NCBI GenBank assembly: GCA_965116905.1
Contig: OZ220732.1
Location: 4,143,121-4,207,120, forward strand
Direction: 5' to 3'
Length of the DNA: 64,000 nt
Source: Longimicrobiales bacterium
Lineage (GTDB): Bacteria > Gemmatimonadota > Gemmatimonadetes > Longimicrobiales > Gaopeijiaceae
Shown here: positions 30,210 to 39,198 of the stretch, piece by piece
Numbering within the stretch: position 1 is the first letter of the stretch
Layout: each line of letters starts with the position of its first letter
Notes under the pieces: generated by a model
Seen by the model: only the letters and a program-made list of their open reading frames with translations
Told to the model about the DNA's origin: nothing
The model's database searches: none
Position numbers and translations under genes: made by a program

Positions 30210-30594
30210 TCTGAGCGCGAGTGCTTTGTCTTCGTCGTCCTGCCGGACACGACCGACTTCGTGGTCGCCGGCCGCTTCCGGGTGTCGGCAACATCCGATG
30301 GCGTCCCCGTGGGCGAGTTCGTCTATGGGCGCAGCTACCTGAGCCGTGGCATCGCGGCGGGATCTGGCCATGACCTGCGGTCCCGACGGCCGCTGGGCCA
30401 ACCGGGCCAACCTGCTCGGCGCCGCGGGCCGCTTCCTCCTGGATCGCGCTCAGGCCACGGCCGTCTTCGACCGGATCACCACGACCATGCGGTCCTCCTG
30501 GCGGTCGGTCATGCGCGACGCCGGCGTCAGCGAACGGGACTGCGACCGGGTCCGCCACGCCATCCTCTACGACGGACTCTTCCACGAGGCGTGA
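30210..30594 (+). pseudogene. hipA: Internally deleted HipA-family toxin remnant
   Basis: One frame reads SERECFVFVVLPDTTDFVVAGRF...GEFVYGRSYL (HipA N-terminal-like). The frame shifts near 30345 to RRDLAMTCGPDGRWANRANLL...RFLL...GVSERDC (C-terminal-like). The kinase core is absent. Confidence 0.7.
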
Positions 30595-30666
30595 CATAGC
30601 GGCGAGCCGAGAGCGCCCCTACACTACCACTCCGGATCCGCTTGTCCCCCACCCGAGAGGTCTCCC

Positions 30667-33486
30667 ATGTCCGGCACCCGCGCCGCCATCGCCCTCACGA
30701 TCCTCGTTGCGACCGCGCTCATGCCCCGCGCCGTGGTCGCCCAGGAGGATGAACGTCTGGTGAACCGGAGCGACGACCCCATCCTGCGGGCGTTCTCGTG
30801 GCGTTCGGTGGGTCCCTTCGGCCAGGGGGGGAGGGTAGACGACCTCGCGGTGCACCCCGGCGACCCGCACACGTACTACGTCGGCTTCGCGACGGGCGGA
30901 CTCTGGAAGACCACGAACAACGGCACCACCTTCGAATCCATCTTCGACAGCTACGGCACGCACTCGGTCGGAGACCTCGCAATTGCGCCGTCTGACCCCG
31001 ATATCGTCTGGGTGGGCACGGGCGAGCCGAACAACCGGCAGAGTTCGTCGTTCGGCGACGGGATCTACAAGTCCACCGACGGCGGCGACACCTTCACGCA
31101 CATGGGCTTGCGCGAGACACAGACGATTTCGCGCGTGATCGTACACCCCGAGAACGCCGACGTGGTCTGGGTCGCGGCGAACGGTCATCTCTTTGGGGCC
31201 AACCCCGAACGCGGCGTCTACAAGACCACCGACGGCGGCCGCACATGGACCCTGACGCTCGGCGTGGACGACGACACCGGCGCGACGGACCTCGTCCTCA
31301 ATCCCTCCAACCCCAACACACTCTTCGCGGCCACCTACCAGCGGCGCCGGACCGCGTGCTGCTTCGTCGGCGGAGGACCCGGCAGCGGCATCTGGCGCTC
31401 GGACGACGGCGGCGACACCTGGACCCGGCTCAGGGGCAACGGGTTGCCGCGGGGGACCATGGGGCGCGTGGCGCTGGCGGTGACCCCCGCCGATCCGGAC
31501 GTCGTGTACGCCCAGATCGAGGTCGCGGCGGACAGGGAGGAACCTCTGACAGCGGATGAACGGCGCGAACTCGAGAGCCTCGCCGAGCAGGACGAGCCGC
31601 TCCCCCTGGACCCCGAATACAACGGCATCTGGCGGTCGACGGACGGGGGCGCCAACTGGGAGTTCCGCAGCAACGAAAACGGGCGGCCCATGTACTTCAG
31701 CCAGATCCGCGTGGACCCGAACGATCCGGACCTTGTGTACGTGGTCGATCAGCGCGTCCACAAGTCGAGGGACGGCGCAAGAACGTTCGAGGTGCTGAGC
31801 GGCTACGGGCACGTGGACCAGCACGCGCTCTGGATCAATCCCGCGGACAGCGACCACATCATCCTCGGCAACGACGGGGCGATCGACGTCAGCTACGACC
31901 AGGGCGAGACGTGGGAGGCGTTCCGGCGCTGGGCGGTGGGGCAGCCCTATCACGCCTCGGTGGACATGCGGCGCCCCTACTACGTGTGCACGGGACTGCA
32001 GGACAACGGCAGCTGGTGCGGGCCGAGCGCCGTGCGAACCGGCGACATCCTGAGCGAGGACTGGTACCGCGTCGGCGGCGGGGACGGCTTCTACACCGCC
32101 GTGGACCCGACCGACCACACGGTCGTCTACTCGGAGTCGCAGAACGGCAACCTCCGGCGGCTCAGCCTGGCGACCGGCGAACAGGTCAGCATCAGGCCGC
32201 GTGCACCGACCGACAACAACTCGCGCACGAACATCGTGCCGGTGCCGGAGATGAACACCGAGATCCGCTGGAACTGGAATACGCCCCTCGTGTTGTCGCC
32301 GCACAACCCCGATGTCGTGTACGCGGGCGGGAACCGTCTGTTCCGGTCGTTGGACCGCGGCGAGACGTGGACGATGAGCCCGGATCTGACGCGGAACGTT
32401 GACCGCGACAGGGTAGAGATCATGGGCTACGCGAACGCACTGGGCCGTTGCAACCGGCTGGATCGGGGCCGGCAGTGCATTCTGTCGCGGAATGATGGCG
32501 TGAGCCGCTTCAGCACGATCGTGTCGCTGGCTGAGTCCCCCCTGGTGCCGGGGCTGCTGTGGGTCGGCACGGACGACGGGAACATCCAGGTCAGCCAGGA
32601 CGGCGGGGCGACGTGGAGCGAGGTGGGCCGCAACATCCGGGGCGGGACGATGGGCTACTACATCTCGCGCGTCGAGGCGTCGCACTTCGACGCGGCGACC
32701 GCATATGTCTCGGTCGACGGTCACAAGAGCGACGACCTGAGGCCCTACGTGTACGTGACCCGCGACTACGGCCAGAACTGGACCAACATCACCTCGAACC
32801 TGCCCGAATACGGCAACGTGAACACGGTCCGGCAGGATCCGGTGAATGAGCGCCTGCTCTATGCGGGCACCGAGTTCGGGTTCTTCGTGTCGCTCGACGA
32901 AGGCGGCACGTGGCGGCCGTTCATGAGCGGCCTGCCGGTCGTGCGCGTCGACGACGTGGTGGTGCATCCGCGCGACAGCGACCTCGTGCTCGCAACGCAC
33001 GGGCGCAGCGTGATGATCATGGACGACGTGACGTCGCTCCAGCAGCTCACCGACGAGGTGATGGCGGCGGACATGTTCCTGTTCGAGCCCCGGGAGGCCG
33101 TCCAGTGGAAGCAGGACCGCCGGCTGTCACGCTCGGTGACGGGCGACAAGGTGCTCCGCGGCGACAACGCCGCGCCGGGCGTGGCGATTCAGTACTGGCT
33201 GCGCGAGGCGTCCGGTGACGTGCAACTCACCGTGACCGACGTTGCGACGGGCGAGCTCTTCCGCGATCTCACCCCGATCGGGAACTCGGGGATCAACCGC
33301 GTGCAGTGGAATCTGCGCGGGAATCGCCGCGAGCGGCCCGGTGGGGGCGGCCCGTTCCGCCAGTTCGGCGGCGGCCAGGGGCCGATGGCCCAGCCGGGGC
33401 TGTACCGGGTCACGCTGACGGTGGACGGACTCGAGACATCGCGCGTGGTGACGGTGCTGGAGGATGTCTGGATGGAGGTGCGGTAG
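30667..33486 (+). CDS. Exported BNR/Asp-box repeat (VPS10/sialidase-like) beta-propeller protein
   Basis: Signal peptide, WRSVGP..GGRV, many SxDGGxTW Asp-boxes, GLQDNGSW, GGGDGF, LATHGR. Confidence 0.9.
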   Translation: MSGTRAAIALTILVATALMPRAVVAQEDERLVNRSDDPILRAFSWRSVGPFGQGGRVDDLAVHPGDPHTYYVGFATGGLWKTTNNGTTFESIFDSYGTHSVGDLAIAPSDPDIVWVGTGEPNNRQSSSFGDGIYKSTDGGDTFTHMGLRETQTISRVIVHPENADVVWVAANGHLFGANPERGVYKTTDGGRTWTLTLGVDDDTGATDLVLNPSNPNTLFAATYQRRRTACCFVGGGPGSGIWRSDDGGDTWTRLRGNGLPRGTMGRVALAVTPADPDVVYAQIEVAADREEPLTADERRELESLAEQDEPLPLDPEYNGIWRSTDGGANWEFRSNENGRPMYFSQIRVDPNDPDLVYVVDQRVHKSRDGARTFEVLSGYGHVDQHALWINPADSDHIILGNDGAIDVSYDQGETWEAFRRWAVGQPYHASVDMRRPYYVCTGLQDNGSWCGPSAVRTGDILSEDWYRVGGGDGFYTAVDPTDHTVVYSESQNGNLRRLSLATGEQVSIRPRAPTDNNSRTNIVPVPEMNTEIRWNWNTPLVLSPHNPDVVYAGGNRLFRSLDRGETWTMSPDLTRNVDRDRVEIMGYANALGRCNRLDRGRQCILSRNDGVSRFSTIVSLAESPLVPGLLWVGTDDGNIQVSQDGGATWSEVGRNIRGGTMGYYISRVEASHFDAATAYVSVDGHKSDDLRPYVYVTRDYGQNWTNITSNLPEYGNVNTVRQDPVNERLLYAGTEFGFFVSLDEGGTWRPFMSGLPVVRVDDVVVHPRDSDLVLATHGRSVMIMDDVTSLQQLTDEVMAADMFLFEPREAVQWKQDRRLSRSVTGDKVLRGDNAAPGVAIQYWLREASGDVQLTVTDVATGELFRDLTPIGNSGINRVQWNLRGNRRERPGGGGPFRQFGGGQGPMAQPGLYRVTLTVDGLETSRVVTVLEDVWMEVR

Positions 33487-34021
33487 GCGGAGGCGGAATG
33501 CCAGGGCTGACTATGTCCTTCTTCAACAGGAAGAGGTATTCGCCGCCCAACCGGTATTCGCTCGCGAAACAGTCCCCGCGCTGTCCCGCCGGGCGTACCA
33601 CCCGGTACGGCACCGGGTCCTCGTTGAAGTCGTCCCCGTCCACCAGGTCTCCCTGCAGCCAGAACTCTCGATTGGGGAAGGGACCGCGCAGGATCTCGGT
33701 CGGACGGAAGCGGATCCAGCCACGATACTCGTAGGGCAGTGCCGCGATCGAGTCGACCGCGACCGCGCGCACCACGGCATCGGTCTGGCTCACGAACTGA
33801 CGGATCTGTCCTTCCGTGTAGCGGTAGCCGTCCTGATACCGAAGCACGACGACGCTGCATCGGCGCTCGACGGGCTCGACAGCCGCACCCGAGACGGACA
33901 TCGGCAGCAGGGACTCGCTGCCGCCGGATAAACGAACCTGCGCGGAGAGCGGGGTGGCTGCCACCGCCACGGCGGCGATGGCGACCACCCCTGCACTCAG
34001 GTGTCTAGGGCTCCCGCTCAC
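33410..34021 (-). CDS. Exported hypothetical protein, possibly C-terminally truncated
   Basis: Signal-like N-terminus and globular core up to YLFLLKK, then a Pro-rich tail overlapping the convergent gene by 77 bp. Confidence 0.55.
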   Translation of the reverse strand: MSGSPRHLSAGVVAIAAVAVAATPLSAQVRLSGGSESLLPMSVSGAAVEPVERRCSVVVLRYQDGYRYTEGQIRQFVSQTDAVVRAVAVDSIAALPYEYRGWIRFRPTEILRGPFPNREFWLQGDLVDGDDFNEDPVPYRVVRPAGQRGDCFASEYRLGGEYLFLLKKDIVSPGIPPPPTAPPSRHPPAPSPRAMSRVRPPSA

Positions 34022-35210
34022 CCCGCCGCTCCGGTGCGGCGCTCGCGGTGTCTCCGCTATTGTCCCGGAGGACCGTGATCGAGGCTCGGCCGATGTAGTT
34101 GCCGCCCGCGCGGGTGGCCCGGACCTGAATGGTCCCTGACCCCGTTCCGGTCGCGGTCACGAGACCATTGCTGTCCACCGTCACCACGTGCGGGTGGCGG
34201 GCGGTCCAGATGTAGTCGGTGTCCTCGACTTCGTTGCCGTTGGCGTCACGCGCCACCGCGGTCAGCCGGATGGTGTCTCCGACGACCTCCAGGGTGTCCA
34301 CTTCCGGCGTGACATCGACGCCGACTGCCAGTTGCGCCACGCTGATCGACGCCGAGTCGGCCAGCGCTCCTGTCTCTGCATAGATATTCGTGCTTCCGGT
34401 ACGCACCGACGTAACCAGCCCGGACATGTCGACGGTTGCAATCCCGCTGTTTTCCGAAGCCCAGGTGACGCTGATGCCGGGAACCGCATTTCCGTTGGCA
34501 TCGAGAACTTCGGCCGACAGACGCACTGTGTCGCCGACCGAGAACATCGTGTGGGCGGATGGCGACACGTCCAGTGCGACGGCCTCCACGGTCACCATCA
34601 AATCCGCCGTGGCGCGAACCCCTCCGGCCCCGGCCGCAATCTCCGCGCTTCCAATGCCCGTGGAGGTGGCCAGGCCGGTCGCGTCCACGGTCGCGACGGA
34701 GGTGTTGGACGAACTCCACGTGAAGCTGGCGTCGGCAACCGCGTGTCCGTTGGCGTCGAAGGCCTCGGCCGTGAACTGCACCGTCTGACCGATCGAACTG
34801 AGCGACGCGGTGCCGGGCGAGACATCGATCCGGACCGGCTGCTGCGCAACGGTCACGTTGGCGCTCCCGGAGGCACTGCCGGAGGTCGCCGTGATCGACG
34901 CGGGTCCGTTCGCGACCGCTGTCACGGTCCCGTTGGAACCCACACTGGCAACCGCAGGGTCACTGCTTCCCCATGTCACCGATACGCCCGCCATGGGCTG
35001 CCCACGCTGGTCCAGCACGGTAGCGGTCAGCTGCACCGTCGCCCCGATCGATGCCAACTGGGCAGTCGCGGGGGTGACGTTGATGGTCGTGGCGACCGGA
35101 GGGTCGACCGGGTCCGTTGGTGTTGGCCCAGGTTCGTCGCCGCCGCACGCGGCGTTGAAGATCAGCACGGTGACGGCAAGTGCGCCGGTCCACGGCTCTA
35201 GTCTACGCAT
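34005..35210 (-). CDS. Lipoprotein with about 4 bacterial Ig-like (Big_2) repeats
   Basis: Lipobox AACG and repeated VxP...GxTVQLTA..D.NG...W.SS...VATVD..G.VT. AGGGG RBS. Confidence 0.9.
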   Translation of the reverse strand: MRRLEPWTGALAVTVLIFNAACGGDEPGPTPTDPVDPPVATTINVTPATAQLASIGATVQLTATVLDQRGQPMAGVSVTWGSSDPAVASVGSNGTVTAVANGPASITATSGSASGSANVTVAQQPVRIDVSPGTASLSSIGQTVQFTAEAFDANGHAVADASFTWSSSNTSVATVDATGLATSTGIGSAEIAAGAGGVRATADLMVTVEAVALDVSPSAHTMFSVGDTVRLSAEVLDANGNAVPGISVTWASENSGIATVDMSGLVTSVRTGSTNIYAETGALADSASISVAQLAVGVDVTPEVDTLEVVGDTIRLTAVARDANGNEVEDTDYIWTARHPHVVTVDSNGLVTATGTGSGTIQVRATRAGGNYIGRASITVLRDNSGDTASAAPERRGEREP

Positions 35211-35518
35211 GCCCTTATCCCCCTGGTGATGAGACGTCACGGGGTTCGCAGGTTGCGCCCCTTTATTATAACCCCCACGCCCAGACGTGTGCCCCCTCCA
35301 GTTGTGCCGGTGATCGGCAGGAGAGTCCGGGCCGTCGATTTCGGGGGTTCCCGATGGAGCCGGGGGATCGTGTCACCTCCGCGGGTGGCAAGCGCGTGAG
35401 CGTCGGCGCGATGTAGCTGACGGTCCTGGCGGGCGGGCGCCAAGGCTCGCGGCAGCGGGCAGGCCACCCCTGGTTGGCGGGCGGCGTCGAGTGGGCAGAC
35501 TGGGGGCGCCCATAGGAG

Positions 35519-35555
35519 CATGCCGGTGTCCCGGGATTTGCCGCGGAAACGTGGG
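35519..35555 (-). repeat. Left 37-bp inverted repeat
   Basis: CATGCCGGTGTCCCGGGATTTGCCGCGGAAACGTGGG; its reverse complement matches 37418-37454 at 34/37. Confidence 0.93.
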
Positions 35556-35966
35556 GTGACGATCCGAGGCAGCCGCCACCTCGGTGCCCCGCCAGCGGCA
35601 GGCCAGACTGAGGCAACATCCGTTAGCCCACTGGCCCATCTCCGCAGCCCATCGCCGGACCGATCCCGGGACCGCGCTTTCCAACCCCCCGCTGTCCCAA
35701 ACCGTCGAAACACAGGCCGATCCTGCTATAGACGGGTTTTGAAACGGCGGTTTCGGCGAGGTCCGGGACCCGCTGGCGGATGACCCCCAGGAGCCACCGG
35801 CGGCCCGCTGGCGGGCGATCGGGCATCGGCGACCCTTCCACGTCATCCCGACCCGAGATCGTGCGTCCTGGGCCATCACAGAGGGCCGGAAATCGGCCGT
35901 TATCTTTCAGGTGCACGGAAGCACAATTCACATAAGCCGTTGCCGGACTTGAACCTGGAGGATCAC

Positions 35967-37415
35967 ATGAACACCACGCAACTCGGAGAACGGATCGCCG
36001 AACTCGCCGCCCGGATCAACATCGCCACCCACGAGATGCTCACCCTCGTCGCCGAGTTCGACCGCCGCGAGGGATGGGCCGACGCCTTCGACTCCTGCGC
36101 CGAGTGGCTCGCCTGGCGGACCGGACGCACGGTCGCCACCTGCCGCGAGAACGTACGCGTCGCGCATGCGCTCGAGGACCTGCCCGCCACCTCGGCCGAG
36201 ATGAAGGCCGGGCGCCTCTCCTACGCCAAGGCGCGGGCCATCACCCGGGTGGCCACGCCCCGGACCGAGGCCGAACTCCTCGACTACGCCCGCAAGGGCT
36301 CGGCCGCGGCGGTGGAGCGCATGGTGCGGGGGGTGAAGCACCTGTCGCGCGACGGCGAGATCGGGGCCGAAGAGGCCCGGCACCGGGCCCGCACGTTGTC
36401 GGTCGTCATCGCCGCGGACGGGACGTACGTGGTGCGGGGCCGGCTCGAGCCCGAGGCCGGAGCCGTGCTGATGCGGGCCATCGAGGCCGCGAGCGACGCG
36501 CTGTACCGGGGCGAGGACCCCGATGCGCGGCCACGGAGCCGCCAGCGCAGGGCCGATGCGATGGGGCTCGTCGCCGAGCGGGCGCTGGCGGCGGGGCTGG
36601 GAGCGGGGGCCGATGCGAGAGAGGAGGCCGACGCGGGGGAAGCGATCGCGGAAGCGACGCCGAGCGGGACGCGGGCCGAGCGGTACCAGGTGACGGTGCA
36701 CACCGAGATGGCCACGCTGGAGGAGGGCGGCGCGGGGGGCCGGTCGGAGCTCGACGGGGTGCGGGTGAGCGCCGAGACCTCGCGGCGCATGGCGTGCGAT
36801 GCGTCGCTGGTGGGGATGCTGCACCGGGAGGGCAAGGTCGTCAGCGTGGGGCGGAAGACGCGGACCATCCCGCCGCACCTCCGCCGGGCGCTCGAGGAGC
36901 GGGACCGGGGCTGCCGGTACCCGGCCTGCGGGAGCCGGTTCACCGAGGCGCATCATGTCCGGCACTGGGCCGACGGCGGCGAGACGAGTCTGGCGAACAC
37001 GGTGCTGCTCTGCCGGCGGCACCACCGGCTCGTGCACGAGGGCAGGGTCCGGATGGCGCTCGACCGGCACGGCCGGGCGGTGTTCTTCGCGCGCAGCGGG
37101 GCGGCGGTCGCGAGCGCGCCCCCGCTGCCGGAGCCGAAGCTGCCCCTGCCGCCCCCGCCCCCGCTTGGGCCCGGCGAGATGTACAACGGTGCGGCACGAC
37201 TCCTGGACTCGGCGATCCCATGGGAGATCGAGGCCGCGGCACGGGAGGCGGTGGAGGCGGCACCGGAGGCGGGCGAGGTGGGCGAGCAGGCCGGCGAGCC
37301 GGGCGAGGTGGTGGAGCAGGCCGGCAGGGCCGACCGCAGAACCGACCGCAGACGCGAGGACCCGGACCGCCGCAGACGCCAGGACAATCCGCCACCACCC
37401 GCCCAGGCCGCCTGA
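35967..37415 (+). CDS. DUF222 domain and HNH endonuclease protein
   Basis: AEFDRREGW, SCAEWLAWR, GRLSYAKARAI, RRADAM, RRMACDA, then RDRGCRYPAC...AHHVRHWADGGETSLANTVLLCRRHHRLVHEG. GGAGG RBS. Confidence 0.93.
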   Translation: MNTTQLGERIAELAARINIATHEMLTLVAEFDRREGWADAFDSCAEWLAWRTGRTVATCRENVRVAHALEDLPATSAEMKAGRLSYAKARAITRVATPRTEAELLDYARKGSAAAVERMVRGVKHLSRDGEIGAEEARHRARTLSVVIAADGTYVVRGRLEPEAGAVLMRAIEAASDALYRGEDPDARPRSRQRRADAMGLVAERALAAGLGAGADAREEADAGEAIAEATPSGTRAERYQVTVHTEMATLEEGGAGGRSELDGVRVSAETSRRMACDASLVGMLHREGKVVSVGRKTRTIPPHLRRALEERDRGCRYPACGSRFTEAHHVRHWADGGETSLANTVLLCRRHHRLVHEGRVRMALDRHGRAVFFARSGAAVASAPPLPEPKLPLPPPPPLGPGEMYNGAARLLDSAIPWEIEAAAREAVEAAPEAGEVGEQAGEPGEVVEQAGRADRRTDRRREDPDRRRRQDNPPPPAQAA

Positions 37416-37417
37416 GT

Positions 37418-37454
37418 CCCGCGTTTCCGCGGCAAATCCAGGGACACCCGCATG
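37418..37454 (+). repeat. Right 37-bp inverted repeat
   Basis: CCCGCGTTTCCGCGGCAAATCCAGGGACACCCGCATG, separated from the HNH stop codon by 2 nt. Confidence 0.93.
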
Positions 37455-37526
37455 TCGGGATGGGACAGGGACCGGCCGCACAACGACCCCGGAAGCCGGC
37501 AGCCGGGCAAGCGGTGCCACGCATGA

Positions 37527-37607
37527 TCGGCCCGCCACGGACGCTCGGCCCGCCACGGACGCTCGGCCCGCCACGGACGCTCGGCCCGCCACGGACGCTT
37601 GGCCCGC
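37527..37607. repeat. 18-bp tandem repeat, 4 perfect copies plus a partial copy
   Basis: TCGGCCCGCCACGGACGC four times, then TTGGCCCGC. Confidence 0.97.
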
Positions 37608-37656
37608 TGCGGGCCCACGACCTCTGCGGGCGACCGGGCCTGACCCCGTAGCTCGC

Positions 37657-39198
37657 TTACCAGCTCCAGGCCGGGTCCACCGCCTTTACCGCGAGCCCAA
37701 GCGCTTCCAATTCGCGGTCGCGGCGGTCCGACGCATAGGCTGCGGGGGAGCGGTGGCTTTGCACCACCATGACCAGGTCGCGCGACGGAACGATATAGGT
37801 GCTCTGGTTCCCGGCACCGAGCGCGAAGTACGCATCGAGCGGCAGGGTCGGGACCCGATCGCCGCGACCGCTCTCGTCCGGCGTATTCACCCAGAACTGC
37901 CCGCCATAGACCGGCGGGTCCCAGGCCGGCGCCGGCGAACTCACGAATTCGACAAACTCCTCCGGCAGCAGCCGCTCGCCGTTCCACATGCCACGCTGCA
38001 GGTAGAGCAGCCCGAGCCGCGCCCAGTTCCGGGGCGTGCCGTAGTTGTACCCGGTCAGGATGAAGTTGCCGTGAATGTCAGTCTCCATGATGAACCGGCG
38101 GATTCCGATCTTGTCGAAGAGCGCCCGCTGGGGCCAGGACAGGTATTCCTCGCCAAGCTCGTTTTCGACCGTGCGCCGCACGATGTACCCGAGTGTCCAC
38201 GGGTCCGAGTTGCGGTAGCGGCCGACCGTATTGGGCGGGAACTCGGGCTCTCGCGTCGTCGAGAACCTGAATACGTCGATCGGCGCTTCGTAACCCATCC
38301 AGTGATCCCACTGCCCCGGCACGAACGCCGACGCCATCTGTTCCGGGGTTGCTCCCGAGTTGGTGAAGCGGAGGCCGCTCGACATTCGAAGCAGGTCCGC
38401 AATCCGGATCACGGCGCGCGGATCGCCGGCTGAATTCTGCCACTCCGGCACCGGCGCCGCCTGCCAGAGCTCGAGATGGCCCATCTGGATGAGACGGCCG
38501 ATAAGCGTGGCCGTCATGCTCTTCCCCATCGACCAGCTCTCGAGCTGCGTGTCCTGGTGCACGCCGGGACCGTACTGCTCGGCGACGAGACGCCCGCGAT
38601 GCACCACCACAAAGCCGGCCCGGTTGTCCCCGGGAGTGAGCATGACCCGCACCGCTTCCGCCAGCAGTCCGCCGTCCACATCGTCGGGAAGCGGCCCTTC
38701 CGGGAGAAGATCGCCCATCGGCCACGGCGTGGACGCCGCGTCGGGCAACGCGCTCACCACCTCGCGCGGGGTGAAGAACACGTTATCGGTCCAGGGTGGC
38801 AGGATGACGCACCCCTGGTCGCCAACGTGCCGCGCTCTGCCGGACACTCTGCCGGACGCTCTGCCGGACGACCTGCCGGACCCTCCATCCCGCGTCGTGG
38901 TCACGATGCGCCGCTCCTCGTCCACTTCGAAGGCAAAGTGGCCGGCCTCGTAGTCGCTCACGTCTTCATCGGTGAGGAGAACGCTCTGGTAAAGCGCGTC
39001 ACTCCGGTCGCGTTCCGAGACCCAGATGGCCGAGCAGAACCGTTTGGCGAATCCGTTGAGCGCAAACTCGGGCGGCGGCACGGGGGACGCAGCGACCGTA
39101 CCAGCGACCGCGCCAGCCCCGGGCGCTTCAGCCGCCTCGCAGGCAAAGCCGACGACGGCCAGAGCCGCAACCGTGCCGAGACTTGTGATCGTCTTCAC
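37657..39198 (-). CDS. Serine hydrolase (beta-lactamase class C-like), lipoprotein
   Basis: SWSMGKS (SxxK), LLRMSSGL, YRN, WARLGLLYL, YGGQFW. GTG start with GGAGG RBS. Confidence 0.9.
   Translation of the reverse strand: MKTITSLGTVAALAVVGFACEAAEAPGAGAVAGTVAASPVPPPEFALNGFAKRFCSAIWVSERDRSDALYQSVLLTDEDVSDYEAGHFAFEVDEERRIVTTTRDGGSGRSSGRASGRVSGRARHVGDQGCVILPPWTDNVFFTPREVVSALPDAASTPWPMGDLLPEGPLPDDVDGGLLAEAVRVMLTPGDNRAGFVVVHRGRLVAEQYGPGVHQDTQLESWSMGKSMTATLIGRLIQMGHLELWQAAPVPEWQNSAGDPRAVIRIADLLRMSSGLRFTNSGATPEQMASAFVPGQWDHWMGYEAPIDVFRFSTTREPEFPPNTVGRYRNSDPWTLGYIVRRTVENELGEEYLSWPQRALFDKIGIRRFIMETDIHGNFILTGYNYGTPRNWARLGLLYLQRGMWNGERLLPEEFVEFVSSPAPAWDPPVYGGQFWVNTPDESGRGDRVPTLPLDAYFALGAGNQSTYIVPSRDLVMVVQSHRSPAAYASDRRDRELEALGLAVKAVDPAWSW
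38835..38882. repeat. 4 x 12-bp in-frame coding repeat (GSGRSSGRASGRVSGRA)
   Basis: CTCTGCCGGAC(A/G) three times plus ACCTGCCGGACC. Confidence 0.9.

Larger units (their letters stand above)
35519..37454 (+). mobile_element. Putative IR-bounded DUF222-HNH element (~1.94 kb)
   Basis: 37-bp imperfect inverted repeats at both ends enclose a non-coding leader and one DUF222-HNH ORF. Mobility is inferred, not shown. Confidence 0.55.

Noticed and set aside
35967..37415. IscB, Cas9 or group II intron-type HNH protein
   Set aside because: No RuvC, PLMP or reverse-transcriptase motifs; the architecture is DUF222 plus HNH.
35500..37475. Classical IS element with target-site duplication
   Set aside because: No transposase motifs, and the flanks (CATAGGAG versus TCGGGATG) show no direct repeat. 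Kept only as an atypical candidate element.
37527..37607. Possible CRISPR array
   Set aside because: The 18-bp units are directly adjacent with no spacers, and there are no cas genes in the window.
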